NCBI GenBank assembly: GCA_018649885.1 | Contig: JABIHA010000074.1 | Location: 1-64,000, forward strand | Reading direction: 5' to 3' | Length of the DNA: 64,000 bases | Source of the DNA: Bacteriovoracaceae bacterium | GTDB taxonomy: Bacteria > Bdellovibrionota > Bacteriovoracia > Bacteriovoracales > Bacteriovoracaceae | Shown: piece after piece, positions 49,814 through 58,313 of the stretch | How the letters are laid out: each line of letters starts with the position of its first letter | Position numbering within the stretch: the stretch's first letter is position 1 | Translations under genes and position numbers: made by a program | Notes under the pieces: model-generated | What the model saw: the letters and a program-made list of their open reading frames with translations, nothing else | The model's database searches: none | Told to the model about the DNA's origin: nothing

Positions 49814-49910
49814 CTAGGATGGCAAGTGCGTTTCTCTCCCCTACCCATAGTGCAAGCTCGCCATCACTAGAATAAGGCATCCAAGCTTCCCCCCGGCTTG
49901 GGTGCCTTTT
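49814..49910 (+). ncRNA. Candidate sigma54-dependent small RNA (~97 nt, two stem-loops with C-rich loops)
   Basis: Predicted +1 coincides with the 5' arm of stem 1 (CTAGGATGGC/GCCATC-A-CTAG); stem 2 is a 13-bp terminator-like hairpin ending TTTT. Confidence 0.7.
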
Positions 49911-49921
49911 ACTATATTTGC

Positions 49922-51901
49922 TTAGGCAGCTTCCTTATCATCAGATGATATTAAAGTATTTGGTGAAATCGGCACAACATTTTTTGTCTCAAGAGATTCT
50001 ATAATTTTATCGGCCTGCAATAATTTCTTTCGGAGGGCCTCTCTAGAAATACCCATCGCCTTTGCAGCTTTTGATTTATTGTTACCATTTCTTTTTATTT
50101 CGGCAAAAATTAACTTCCTCTCAATAAGCGCCATTCTGTCTTTTAGAGGAATACTGTAATCCGATGCAAAAGGAATATCTCCAAAAACCTGATAAGTCGA
50201 TTTGGTTTGATCGTAAAGTGGTAAGGCCTGATCGGGAAGCTTTGATATTGTATGAGATTTAGGATTATATGTAACCATTCGTGAAATACAATTTCCAAGC
50301 TCTTTAACATTACCTGGCCAATCATAATCCTTAAGCTTGCCCAAAATTTTGGGAGACATAGTCTTTTCGAGTAGTCCTTGTTTTTTGCATTCATTTTTCA
50401 AGAAGTAAGAAATCAACTCCTCAATATCTTTCCCTCTTTTTCTTAGTGAAGGCATTTCAATGGGTGTTTGAGCAAGAAACTCATAGAGATCTTTATTGAA
50501 CTCACCATTATTCACCATTCCCTCTAGATCTTTTGAGGAGGTGGTATGAAGTCTAACATCTAAGGCCACAGTCGAGCCTTCAATAGTTTTTTGAGAGAGC
50601 ACTTCAACAAGTTTTTTCTGATGAGGAATTGGGAGAAAACAAATTTCTTGTAGAACAAGTGTTCCTCCGTGAGAGTTTGCAAGTTTGCCTCCGAGATCTC
50701 CCTTACCAAAAAGTTCTTCCCAAATTGCATCTTCTTCTTTCCCACCACAAGTCACACATTCATAGCTCTTAGGACCTCTTGGACCCTCTTTATGGATAAT
50801 TCTAGAAAGCAGAGATTTTCCACTTCCATACTCTCCATTTACAAGAAGTGGGGTTTCCAAATTTTTAACTTTTATAATCGACTCTCTTACTCCCTTCATC
50901 ACCTGAGACTTTCCTATCAACACAAATTCCCGGTTGAATGGAGGAGAGAATCTTCTAATTGTCGATTTTTCTGAAATAGGATCATAGTCGTGAAAAATAG
51001 CAGAAAGTACTAAAGATAAAACTTTTAGTGTAATTTCATCTTCACTATTGAATCTTTCAAAGCTTCTCTTATTGAGAATCATAATCACACCAACGACTTT
51101 TTCTTCGCGATTGTGAAAGGGGTAACTAAGTACAGATTTAGGCTCTACACCAAAGCGGTGTTCTGGATCATCTGGCTTAATTCTTGAAGTATTTTTTCTA
51201 AAATCAATATTGAGCGGGATTCCTGTGGTAAATACAGCTCCGGGAACTCCAAGTCGGTAATCAAACTTGAGGTCTTCTTTGGGAACTCCAAAGGCCGCAA
51301 TACTTTGTAATTCATTTTCTTCAGTATTAATTAAAAATAGACTTGCCCTAGATCCATGAACATTTCTCACAACATCTTGCAGTACTCCATTGATAAAATC
51401 CTCTCTTCTTCCAAAGTTAGTCATATCTTTGAAAATAGACAACAGGAGTGAAAACATTTCCATGCCTTCATTTGAACTTGTGTATCTTTCTTTTAATGCT
51501 GATTTTGATAGACACTCTCTAAGTCTCTCATGAGAAAAACTGTGAACGAAGGCCTCTATGAATTTTTTAAGATCTCCAAAATCTTCCTCTTCAAACTCCA
51601 CTCCATATATAATCAGCTCTTCGTTATGAGAATCCGAAAACGCTCTCACAACAGTAGATTTCAAGTCTAGTGAAAATCCTTTAAAGTGAAGAGAAACTCT
51701 CAATTCATCTTCAGATGAAATTCTCTCTTTGGTTTTAAAACCAAGACCTGTCACACTCACATCAACAAGCTTGCCATCATCTATATATACAAAGTTGCCA
51801 CTATCATCTTCTTTCTCCACTAAAAATCGAATATCATCGGCCTCCTCAATAGCAATCCTATAGGATTGATAGAAGCGGTATTCTGACATACTTGATAACA
51901 T
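49922..51901 (-). CDS. PilZ-GAF-AAA+(sigma54-activator-like)-Fis HTH regulator, degenerate
   Basis: DVSVTG PilZ motif, GAF, GEYGSGKS, WPGNVKEL and NKSKAAKAMGISR; no GAFTGA. Confidence 0.88.
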   Translation of the reverse strand: MLSSMSEYRFYQSYRIAIEEADDIRFLVEKEDDSGNFVYIDDGKLVDVSVTGLGFKTKERISSEDELRVSLHFKGFSLDLKSTVVRAFSDSHNEELIIYGVEFEEEDFGDLKKFIEAFVHSFSHERLRECLSKSALKERYTSSNEGMEMFSLLLSIFKDMTNFGRREDFINGVLQDVVRNVHGSRASLFLINTEENELQSIAAFGVPKEDLKFDYRLGVPGAVFTTGIPLNIDFRKNTSRIKPDDPEHRFGVEPKSVLSYPFHNREEKVVGVIMILNKRSFERFNSEDEITLKVLSLVLSAIFHDYDPISEKSTIRRFSPPFNREFVLIGKSQVMKGVRESIIKVKNLETPLLVNGEYGSGKSLLSRIIHKEGPRGPKSYECVTCGGKEEDAIWEELFGKGDLGGKLANSHGGTLVLQEICFLPIPHQKKLVEVLSQKTIEGSTVALDVRLHTTSSKDLEGMVNNGEFNKDLYEFLAQTPIEMPSLRKRGKDIEELISYFLKNECKKQGLLEKTMSPKILGKLKDYDWPGNVKELGNCISRMVTYNPKSHTISKLPDQALPLYDQTKSTYQVFGDIPFASDYSIPLKDRMALIERKLIFAEIKRNGNNKSKAAKAMGISREALRKKLLQADKIIESLETKNVVPISPNTLISSDDKEAA

Positions 51902-52166
51902 AGATTGCCTCCCAAAAGAGATATTTCAATACATCTAGTCGGTAATCCACCCCTTTAACTTAGCTCTTTGCCATAAATAATTGCCAATTTTAAATTCACA
52001 CTTCCCTGACCTTTTAAGTCAGGTTTCAATGAGATCACTTTACCCATAACGACATCTAGGCAATTATCCCAACTCATTACAAAGGAGATTCTAGTTTATC
52101 TTAAGTTATTTTAACTTTATGAAAGCTGTACAGGGAAGTTTAATTACCCAAGTGTAAAGCTATGTT

Positions 52167-53030
52167 TTAACACAAAAGAGAAATAATCATGGATGCCACA
52201 TTTTGAGCTGAGCACTCTTCCCAGTGTTCAAAACTGGGCATTGAATTAACCTCTAAAATGAGGGGGCATGACCCATCAAAAATGAAATCAATGGCCCCAT
52301 AACTAAGCTTTGAAGTTCTCATCACTGACTCTGCTAATGACCTTAAGGACTGGTCTAACTGTCCCAAACTTATAAACTTGGCCGAAGTCTTATACTGATG
52401 GTTTTTTTTCACCTGAGTACCAGTCTTTTCAATGGCCCCCAGGATTTCTCCCCCCACGAACATTACCCGACATTCTTTCTCGGCTTTAACGAATGGCTGA
52501 ATCAAGAAGTTTTGATCTTTTTGATAAAACTGAGTTTCAAGCACACCACAAAGCTCATCAAAGTGAGATATTTTAAATACCCCTTTGCCTCCATTGCCCC
52601 AAAAAGTTTTGACCATATATGCTCCACCTTCTCCCAGAGCACTCGACATATTTCTAACCGAAGCCTCATTTATCGGCCCTCTGTGAATATAGCTTCTCAC
52701 ATGTGCAAGCTCATGAGACTTAAGCCATAGAAGCTGCGAAGCCTTGGAGCGGAACACTTCAATACAATCTGGGTCATTAATGAGCTTCGCACCCATAGCT
52801 TTCAACCCTCTCGACACAAGAAGATCATAGCTATCCCTCAAAACACCTGAGCTGCGATGAATTACATAATCTGGCACTTCTGCCACTTCTGGCCCACACT
52901 CGCTTGTTGAAAGATAAAATGGGTTTGCACACACCACACTAAGACCTGCATGCTGGGCCTCCTCAATTAACTTTCTATTGGAGTAGCTATGTGGATTCAA
53001 AGTCATTATTTCTAAATTTTTTCGCTTCAA
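52167..53030 (-). CDS. RimK-family ATP-grasp ligase
   Basis: VK...G.GG.GV, LIQPFV and LEVNS.P. Confidence 0.85.
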   Translation of the reverse strand: MKRKNLEIMTLNPHSYSNRKLIEEAQHAGLSVVCANPFYLSTSECGPEVAEVPDYVIHRSSGVLRDSYDLLVSRGLKAMGAKLINDPDCIEVFRSKASQLLWLKSHELAHVRSYIHRGPINEASVRNMSSALGEGGAYMVKTFWGNGGKGVFKISHFDELCGVLETQFYQKDQNFLIQPFVKAEKECRVMFVGGEILGAIEKTGTQVKKNHQYKTSAKFISLGQLDQSLRSLAESVMRTSKLSYGAIDFIFDGSCPLILEVNSMPSFEHWEECSAQNVASMIISLLC

Positions 53031-53116
53031 GTTATTTCCTTTTGGCCTTAGACAAACTTCTATTCATTCATTATCATGGCCTAGACCAATTTAACCCTTT
53101 AGCTTGAAAAGTCGAA

Positions 53117-54247
53117 ATGAGTTTTATCTCCATAATTATAATTATCCTTAGTTTTACACTTTCTGGATGCCAAAACAGAGGGTTTAACCGCGCCCCTGAA
53201 AAAAAATCGACCACAAGTAAAACTGTATCTAAATCAACTCCAATGCTCAAACCGGCTGAAAAAAGGCCAAGTGTGTTGAAAAAGACCAAGGCCATCACTA
53301 AGGCCCCGACAAAAGTTGTGGCACAAGAAAAAATTGTCAAAAAGAAATCGAAACCCACTTTGACAAAGAAAGTGAAAACATACTGCTCTAAAATTGATAA
53401 AAAATTTCTTCATTGGGGTTGGGGTCTTAGCCAATGTAAGAAAACCAATTGGAATCATGTGAGAGACTCGGTGTGGGGAGACCCTTTAATTTGGGCCATA
53501 TACGGAAGTGAAAAAGAGCATAAAGTTACACACAAAGATACCACCATGATATTTTGTGGAGTACACGGTGATGAAATTACTCCCATAAAATTTTGTTTTG
53601 ATATTATTAGATATTTAGAAGAAATGGACCCTGCGGAATTCGATAACAAATTGATTGTAGTTGCGCCGGTTGTTTCACCCGATAGTTTTTTTAAAAAAAG
53701 ACCTACAAGAACTAATGCAAGGGCGGTGGATATTAACCGCAACTTCCCCACCAAAGATTGGAATAAAAAAGCTATAAAAATGTGGAAGACAAGATATAGG
53801 AGCGATAAAAGAAGGTATCCAGGTAAAAGTTCTCTGTCTGAGCCCGAGACCCTATTTCAAGTCAATTTAATAAGAAGATATGGTCCAGACAAAATTATCT
53901 CTATCCACGCACCTTTGACCCTTTTAGATTATGATGGACCTGAAGATGATGTCTCCATCAAGAAAACTGGTCAAGGGATTTTGGCCTCAAAACTTCTCTC
54001 CCAAATGAGTCAAAGTGCTTCTGGCTACAAAATCAAAAATTACCCTTACTTTCCTGGCTCACTTGGCAATTGGGCAGGAAAAGAAAGAAATATTCCTGTT
54101 TACACTCTTGAGCTTCCAGACTCTGATAATCGAAAACATAAAAAATACTGGGAGCTTTTTCAGCCAGCTATTGAGGCCGCCATTAATAAAGACTTAAGGC
54201 ACCCCAAAAAAATCAAGAAAAACAAATTAGTTCAACGCAGTTTTTAA
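53117..54247 (+). CDS. mpaA: M14 zinc carboxypeptidase, MpaA-like lipoprotein
   Basis: LSG-C lipobox; Lys/Thr/Pro-rich linker; GVHGDE, DINRNFP, SEPET, IHAP and PGSLG. Confidence 0.8.
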   Translation: MSFISIIIIILSFTLSGCQNRGFNRAPEKKSTTSKTVSKSTPMLKPAEKRPSVLKKTKAITKAPTKVVAQEKIVKKKSKPTLTKKVKTYCSKIDKKFLHWGWGLSQCKKTNWNHVRDSVWGDPLIWAIYGSEKEHKVTHKDTTMIFCGVHGDEITPIKFCFDIIRYLEEMDPAEFDNKLIVVAPVVSPDSFFKKRPTRTNARAVDINRNFPTKDWNKKAIKMWKTRYRSDKRRYPGKSSLSEPETLFQVNLIRRYGPDKIISIHAPLTLLDYDGPEDDVSIKKTGQGILASKLLSQMSQSASGYKIKNYPYFPGSLGNWAGKERNIPVYTLELPDSDNRKHKKYWELFQPAIEAAINKDLRHPKKIKKNKLVQRSF

Positions 54248-56616
54248 GCTGATTCCCCTTTAGGCATTTTAGGTAATTTAAAAACCATGATAATGGGGAT
54301 AATCAGAAAAATTGCACCCACAATATAGGGGGCACCAGAACCGCCTCTCCAGTAAAGTAGGCAAGCAAGAAGAGGACCAAAAACTCTCGCCAAGGCCCCA
54401 AGGGATCTAAAAACTCCAATGGCCTCTCCTTGATATTTACCGGGAGTGTATAGACTCACAAGAGATGTCAAACAAGGGATAGTCATAGCAGAGCCAACCG
54501 CTAAGAAGAAAAGTCCTAGAAAAAGTGGAAATGTTGTATGGGCAAAGCTTATAGAAAGCAAACCGGGAATTAAACAAACAAGTCCCATTAAGGCCATCTT
54601 TTTTTCTCCTACTTGATGGGCCTTTCTTCTTACAACACCACCTTGAACAAAGGCCAAAACAAAGCCTATAAAAATAAACATCCCGGCATTATCAAGAGAT
54701 GTATATGACAGTCTTTCAACGGCCAAAAATGTCAAAGTGAATTCCATTCCAGAGAAGGCCAATAAAAAGAGAAAGTGAGCAATATTTGTTTGGTTAACAC
54801 CAGCATAAGGCAGTGGTTTAAATAAGGTCAAAGGATTAGAAGAGCGTTTACTTTTGTGAATCTCTTGGTCATTTGTAGGTCTTGTTTCCTTAAACTTTTT
54901 ATATAAAAGACTAAAGCTTGCAAGACTAAGGATAAAACTTAAAAGAGCAGGAGTTGAAAAAGGATTGACTCCATATGATGCCAATTGAGGGAAACTTTTC
55001 GTAAGATCAATCATAGAGAGTATCCCTCCCATTGCTGGTCCAATAATAAATCCAAGCGCAAAGGCAATACCAATGAAGGCCATACCTTTTGAACGATTAC
55101 TAGAACTGGTTACATCGGCAACAACAGCTGTAGCAGTTGAAATATTACCGCCCATAATCCCACCCATTATTCGGGCAATACATAACAGAGTGAATGAACC
55201 TGAAAAAAACCAAAGCAGATAACTTAAGGCCAGTCCCATCACGGAAACCAGAAGTACCGGTCTTCTACCTATACGGTCTGAAAGCCTGCCCCAAAAAGGC
55301 GCTGCTAAGAACTGTAGAAAAGAGTACATCGCCCCTAGCACTCCTCCAAAGAGAACGACAGGCTGAACTTGGCCACCACCAGATTGAATCAAAGTGGTGA
55401 TTCCTTCAAAAATCATTTTCAAAAAAGGATTTCCAGCATCAACTTCAAGGTAATATTTTGCCATTGCTGGGAACATGGGAAAAATTATTGAAAATCCCAC
55501 TAAGTCTAAAAATAAAACAAAGAAGATGAGTTTTAGAGAACTTTTTGCATTTTCACTAAGTGGTGGAGATTCTACTTTTTGCTTAGGCATGATTTTTGTC
55601 ACTTCGCTTTCTAAAGGTTGATATTCTAAGTTTTGAGGGTCCCCGTCACCTTCCAATCGTGATACAAGGTACTCCCCAAACTCTGTGCTAAATTTTTCAT
55701 CACTATTTAAACATGGAATTAAATGGATTTGAGCCCCGTCCTCTTTGACAAATTCAGCTAGCTCAAATCCTATCTCATCAATAGTTTCAAGACAGTCCAC
55801 AACAAAGCTTGGACAATAAACGTAAATATTTTTGTGCCCTGTAGCTGCCAGATCCCTGCAATACTTATCGGTGTAAGGGCCCAACCACCTCTCTGAGCCA
55901 AAACGTGACTGGAAAGTCATGTGGATGTCTTTTTCTTCAAAAATGCTGAGGAGCTCCTGCTTCATGAGATAAAACGTCTCACTACAGTGAAATAAATAGG
56001 GGTCACCCTTTTCTAAAATTCTTCTAAGCGGTATCCCATGAAAAGAAATCACTAGAACATCGCCAGGACACTTGTTCGCAGCTGCCTTTTTTATGATGCT
56101 GACACTTGCATCGATAAAGGCCTTAGTTTTATGAAAACTGGAAATAAATCGAATGTCACTAAGAGCGACTTTTTTATCTAAAATTGAGCTGATCCTGTCC
56201 CAAACACTTCCAGTTGTACTTTCTGAAAACTGGGGAAAAAGTGGAACTACAGTCAAACAATCAAACTTCTCAAGGTCTGCCAAGCTCTGCTCAACTAAAT
56301 TGTTTCCCAGCAAGTAGCCCACCCTTAACTGGATCCCATCGCGCTCCATGACCCCGGCCAAGGAGTGCCTTAAATCTTCAGTACCAGTAATAAGAGGAAA
56401 GCTTTCGCCGTCCCAAATACGAGCGTAGGCCTTAGCAGATCTTTTTGGCCTAAAGGGCAATACAAACAGCTCAAGGATGATTTTCCATAGTATTGGGTTT
56501 AAATCAACGACTTTAGGATCTGAGAGAAATTTTCGAAGAAAATCTCTAACATCTTTGATGCTTGGAGATTTGGGAGACCCCAGTTGTACTAATACAACTA
56601 GATCATTTTTTCTCAC
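54244..56616 (-). CDS. hemH: Ferrochelatase fused in frame to an MFS (TetA/DHA1-like) transporter
   Basis: LGSP, SFHGIP, FQSRFG..WL.P and DCLET..EI, then about 12 TM helices with GRLSDRIGRRP (MFS motif A). Confidence 0.9.
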   Translation of the reverse strand: MRKNDLVVLVQLGSPKSPSIKDVRDFLRKFLSDPKVVDLNPILWKIILELFVLPFRPKRSAKAYARIWDGESFPLITGTEDLRHSLAGVMERDGIQLRVGYLLGNNLVEQSLADLEKFDCLTVVPLFPQFSESTTGSVWDRISSILDKKVALSDIRFISSFHKTKAFIDASVSIIKKAAANKCPGDVLVISFHGIPLRRILEKGDPYLFHCSETFYLMKQELLSIFEEKDIHMTFQSRFGSERWLGPYTDKYCRDLAATGHKNIYVYCPSFVVDCLETIDEIGFELAEFVKEDGAQIHLIPCLNSDEKFSTEFGEYLVSRLEGDGDPQNLEYQPLESEVTKIMPKQKVESPPLSENAKSSLKLIFFVLFLDLVGFSIIFPMFPAMAKYYLEVDAGNPFLKMIFEGITTLIQSGGGQVQPVVLFGGVLGAMYSFLQFLAAPFWGRLSDRIGRRPVLLVSVMGLALSYLLWFFSGSFTLLCIARIMGGIMGGNISTATAVVADVTSSSNRSKGMAFIGIAFALGFIIGPAMGGILSMIDLTKSFPQLASYGVNPFSTPALLSFILSLASFSLLYKKFKETRPTNDQEIHKSKRSSNPLTLFKPLPYAGVNQTNIAHFLFLLAFSGMEFTLTFLAVERLSYTSLDNAGMFIFIGFVLAFVQGGVVRRKAHQVGEKKMALMGLVCLIPGLLSISFAHTTFPLFLGLFFLAVGSAMTIPCLTSLVSLYTPGKYQGEAIGVFRSLGALARVFGPLLACLLYWRGGSGAPYIVGAIFLIIPIIMVFKLPKMPKGESA

Positions 56617-56737
56617 TTTTGGGCCCCCTCACTGACTAGATGCACAACAAACTTTACTTTTACTCTTTGGCAGGGGTATATATACGCGATCTTTCAAAGC
56701 GTGTCACTTATTAGCTGATGTAAATCAGGAGCTTACA

Positions 56738-57271
56738 ATGGCCAAGTCCAATATTTCTAAGAAAAAAAAGCAAGCGGGCCTTGAGCGCATGAGCGAGTTA
56801 TCAAAATTGGGCTCAGCTTCGACACTTTATGAAACAGAGTATGACCCAGAAATATTAGAGAAATTCGAAAATAAGAACCCGACCGCACCAGGATGGGTAA
56901 GCTTTGTCTGCACAGAGTTCACTTCTCTTTGCCCAATTACAGGTCAACCTGATTTCGCCAAAATTTTTATTAATTATATTGCCGATAAAACTATGGTTGA
57001 GAGTAAGTCTTTAAAGCTCTATCTATTTAGCTTTAGAAATCATGGGGCCTTTCACGAAGATTGTGTCCACTCCATGGCCTCGGACTTATTCAAACTCATG
57101 AAGCCACACTTTATTGAAGTTATAGGTGAGTTCACTCCTAGAGGAGGAATATCTATTTTCCCCTATACTAGTTTTAGCTCAAAAAAGAAAAAATATGTGG
57201 AATTAAAGAATTTTAGAGATCTAAATTTTGCACCCGGTAAATATTCTATTGAATTAGGCCGTCCATATTAA
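56738..57271 (+). CDS. queF: NADPH-dependent preQ0 reductase (unimodular type)
   Basis: [28 protein letters not shown] and PRGGI. Confidence 0.96.
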   Translation: MAKSNISKKKKQAGLERMSELSKLGSASTLYETEYDPEILEKFENKNPTAPGWVSFVCTEFTSLCPITGQPDFAKIFINYIADKTMVESKSLKLYLFSFRNHGAFHEDCVHSMASDLFKLMKPHFIEVIGEFTPRGGISIFPYTSFSSKKKKYVELKNFRDLNFAPGKYSIELGRPY

Positions 57272-57277
57272 AAATCA

Positions 57278-57643
57278 TTAACTTGTAAGCTCAGCTATCT
57301 TAGCTTCAATTTCATCTAGCTCAAATGGCTTGGCAATAAATCCGTAAGCTCCCATTTCTGTAAGCTCACTGCTTGTCCAATCTGGTTCTCCGGTTATAAA
57401 GAGAAATTTACATCCCCTAGAGAGCACGTCTTCTTTTATTTCCTTCAGTACATCTAATCCACTCATACCAGGCATATTAGTGTCACATAAAAATACATCG
57501 GGTTTAAATTCAGCGTAGAGCTTAACAGCACCCACCCCATCAGCACCTGATCTTACCTCGTGGCCAAGTGAGCTGATCACCTCCACAAGAATTTCTAAAA
57601 TGTCTTCTTCATCATCAACTAAAAGTATTTTTTTTGAACTCAC
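57278..57643 (-). CDS. Single-domain response regulator (REC)
   Basis: LVDDE, CDTNMPGMSG, ITG and KPF; GTG at 57643. Confidence 0.9.
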   Translation of the reverse strand: MSSKKILLVDDEEDILEILVEVISSLGHEVRSGADGVGAVKLYAEFKPDVFLCDTNMPGMSGLDVLKEIKEDVLSRGCKFLFITGEPDWTSSELTEMGAYGFIAKPFELDEIEAKIAELTS

Positions 57644-57709
57644 GGAAGTTGCCTTTGCAAAAAAACATATTGAGTAATTGTACTTAAATTTGAGAGATAA
57701 ACCAAAGGG

Positions 57710-57792
57710 AAAAAAAGAAAGGGAGCCTCCTGCTAAGCTCCCTTTTTTTCGGCATCCTGCCTGTACTCTGAGCAACATCCTGTCGCCCACAC
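57710..57792 (-). ncRNA. Candidate CsrB/RsmY/RsmZ-like small RNA (~83 nt)
   Basis: TATAAT at 57797-57802 (minus); hairpins GGGCGAC-AGGAT-GTTGCTC and GGC-AGGAT-GCC; terminator AAAGGGAGCTT-AGCAGG-AGGCTCCCTTT-C-T7. Confidence 0.72.
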
Positions 57793-57980
57793 TTCTATTA
57801 TACAAAAGATTTGACCAGATCAAAGGTAGTTTTTTTTGGGTAATCTTTGCCCCTCAGTGTTAAAATGAGACCTAGCTCTAAGTTCATTTGCAGGAGCCCC
57901 TTTGGAGAGGTAGAATGGGCTAAGCCCTTAAATATTTTACATAAAAATACTTGAATGCGCAGGCGCCCATAAGGAGAAAA

Positions 57981-58313
57981 ATGAAGCTATTTAAAAAACT
58001 CACTCCTTTCTCCGAGAAATCCCCTCGGGAATACCCGGAAAAAATTTACACTTATTTTGTACCAGCACCTCCAAGAAGAAAGCATGGATACCGGGAAAAG
58101 GCCTTTGATAAACTAGCTGCCAGCGTAATTGCGAGAGGTTTTAAAATAGTCAGTGTGCACACCGAAAGTTTAAATACAGATGGTAGCTCTGGGATATGGA
58201 TTATTTTAATTTTAATGCCCTTACATAACGAAGCTGCCCAGTTAGACTTAGATGAACTGCAACCTTATTCTTTGACTGACGATTCAGAAATTATTTATGA
58301 AGAGAATCACTAA
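57981..58313 (+). CDS. Hypothetical protein
   Basis: ATG 57981 after AAGGAG; overlaps next gene. Confidence 0.7.
   Translation: MKLFKKLTPFSEKSPREYPEKIYTYFVPAPPRRKHGYREKAFDKLAASVIARGFKIVSVHTESLNTDGSSGIWIILILMPLHNEAAQLDLDELQPYSLTDDSEIIYEENH

Noticed and set aside
56617..56737. preQ1 riboswitch upstream of queF
   Set aside because: No recognisable preQ1 stem-loop with A-rich tail
57644..57823. 60-aa N-terminal extension of the response regulator in the ORF track
   Set aside because: Crosses a promoter, hairpins and a terminator; the REC domain begins at GTG 57643
57811..57823. FNR box
   Set aside because: TTGAC-N3-ATCAA has the wrong spacing for TTGAT-N4-ATCAA
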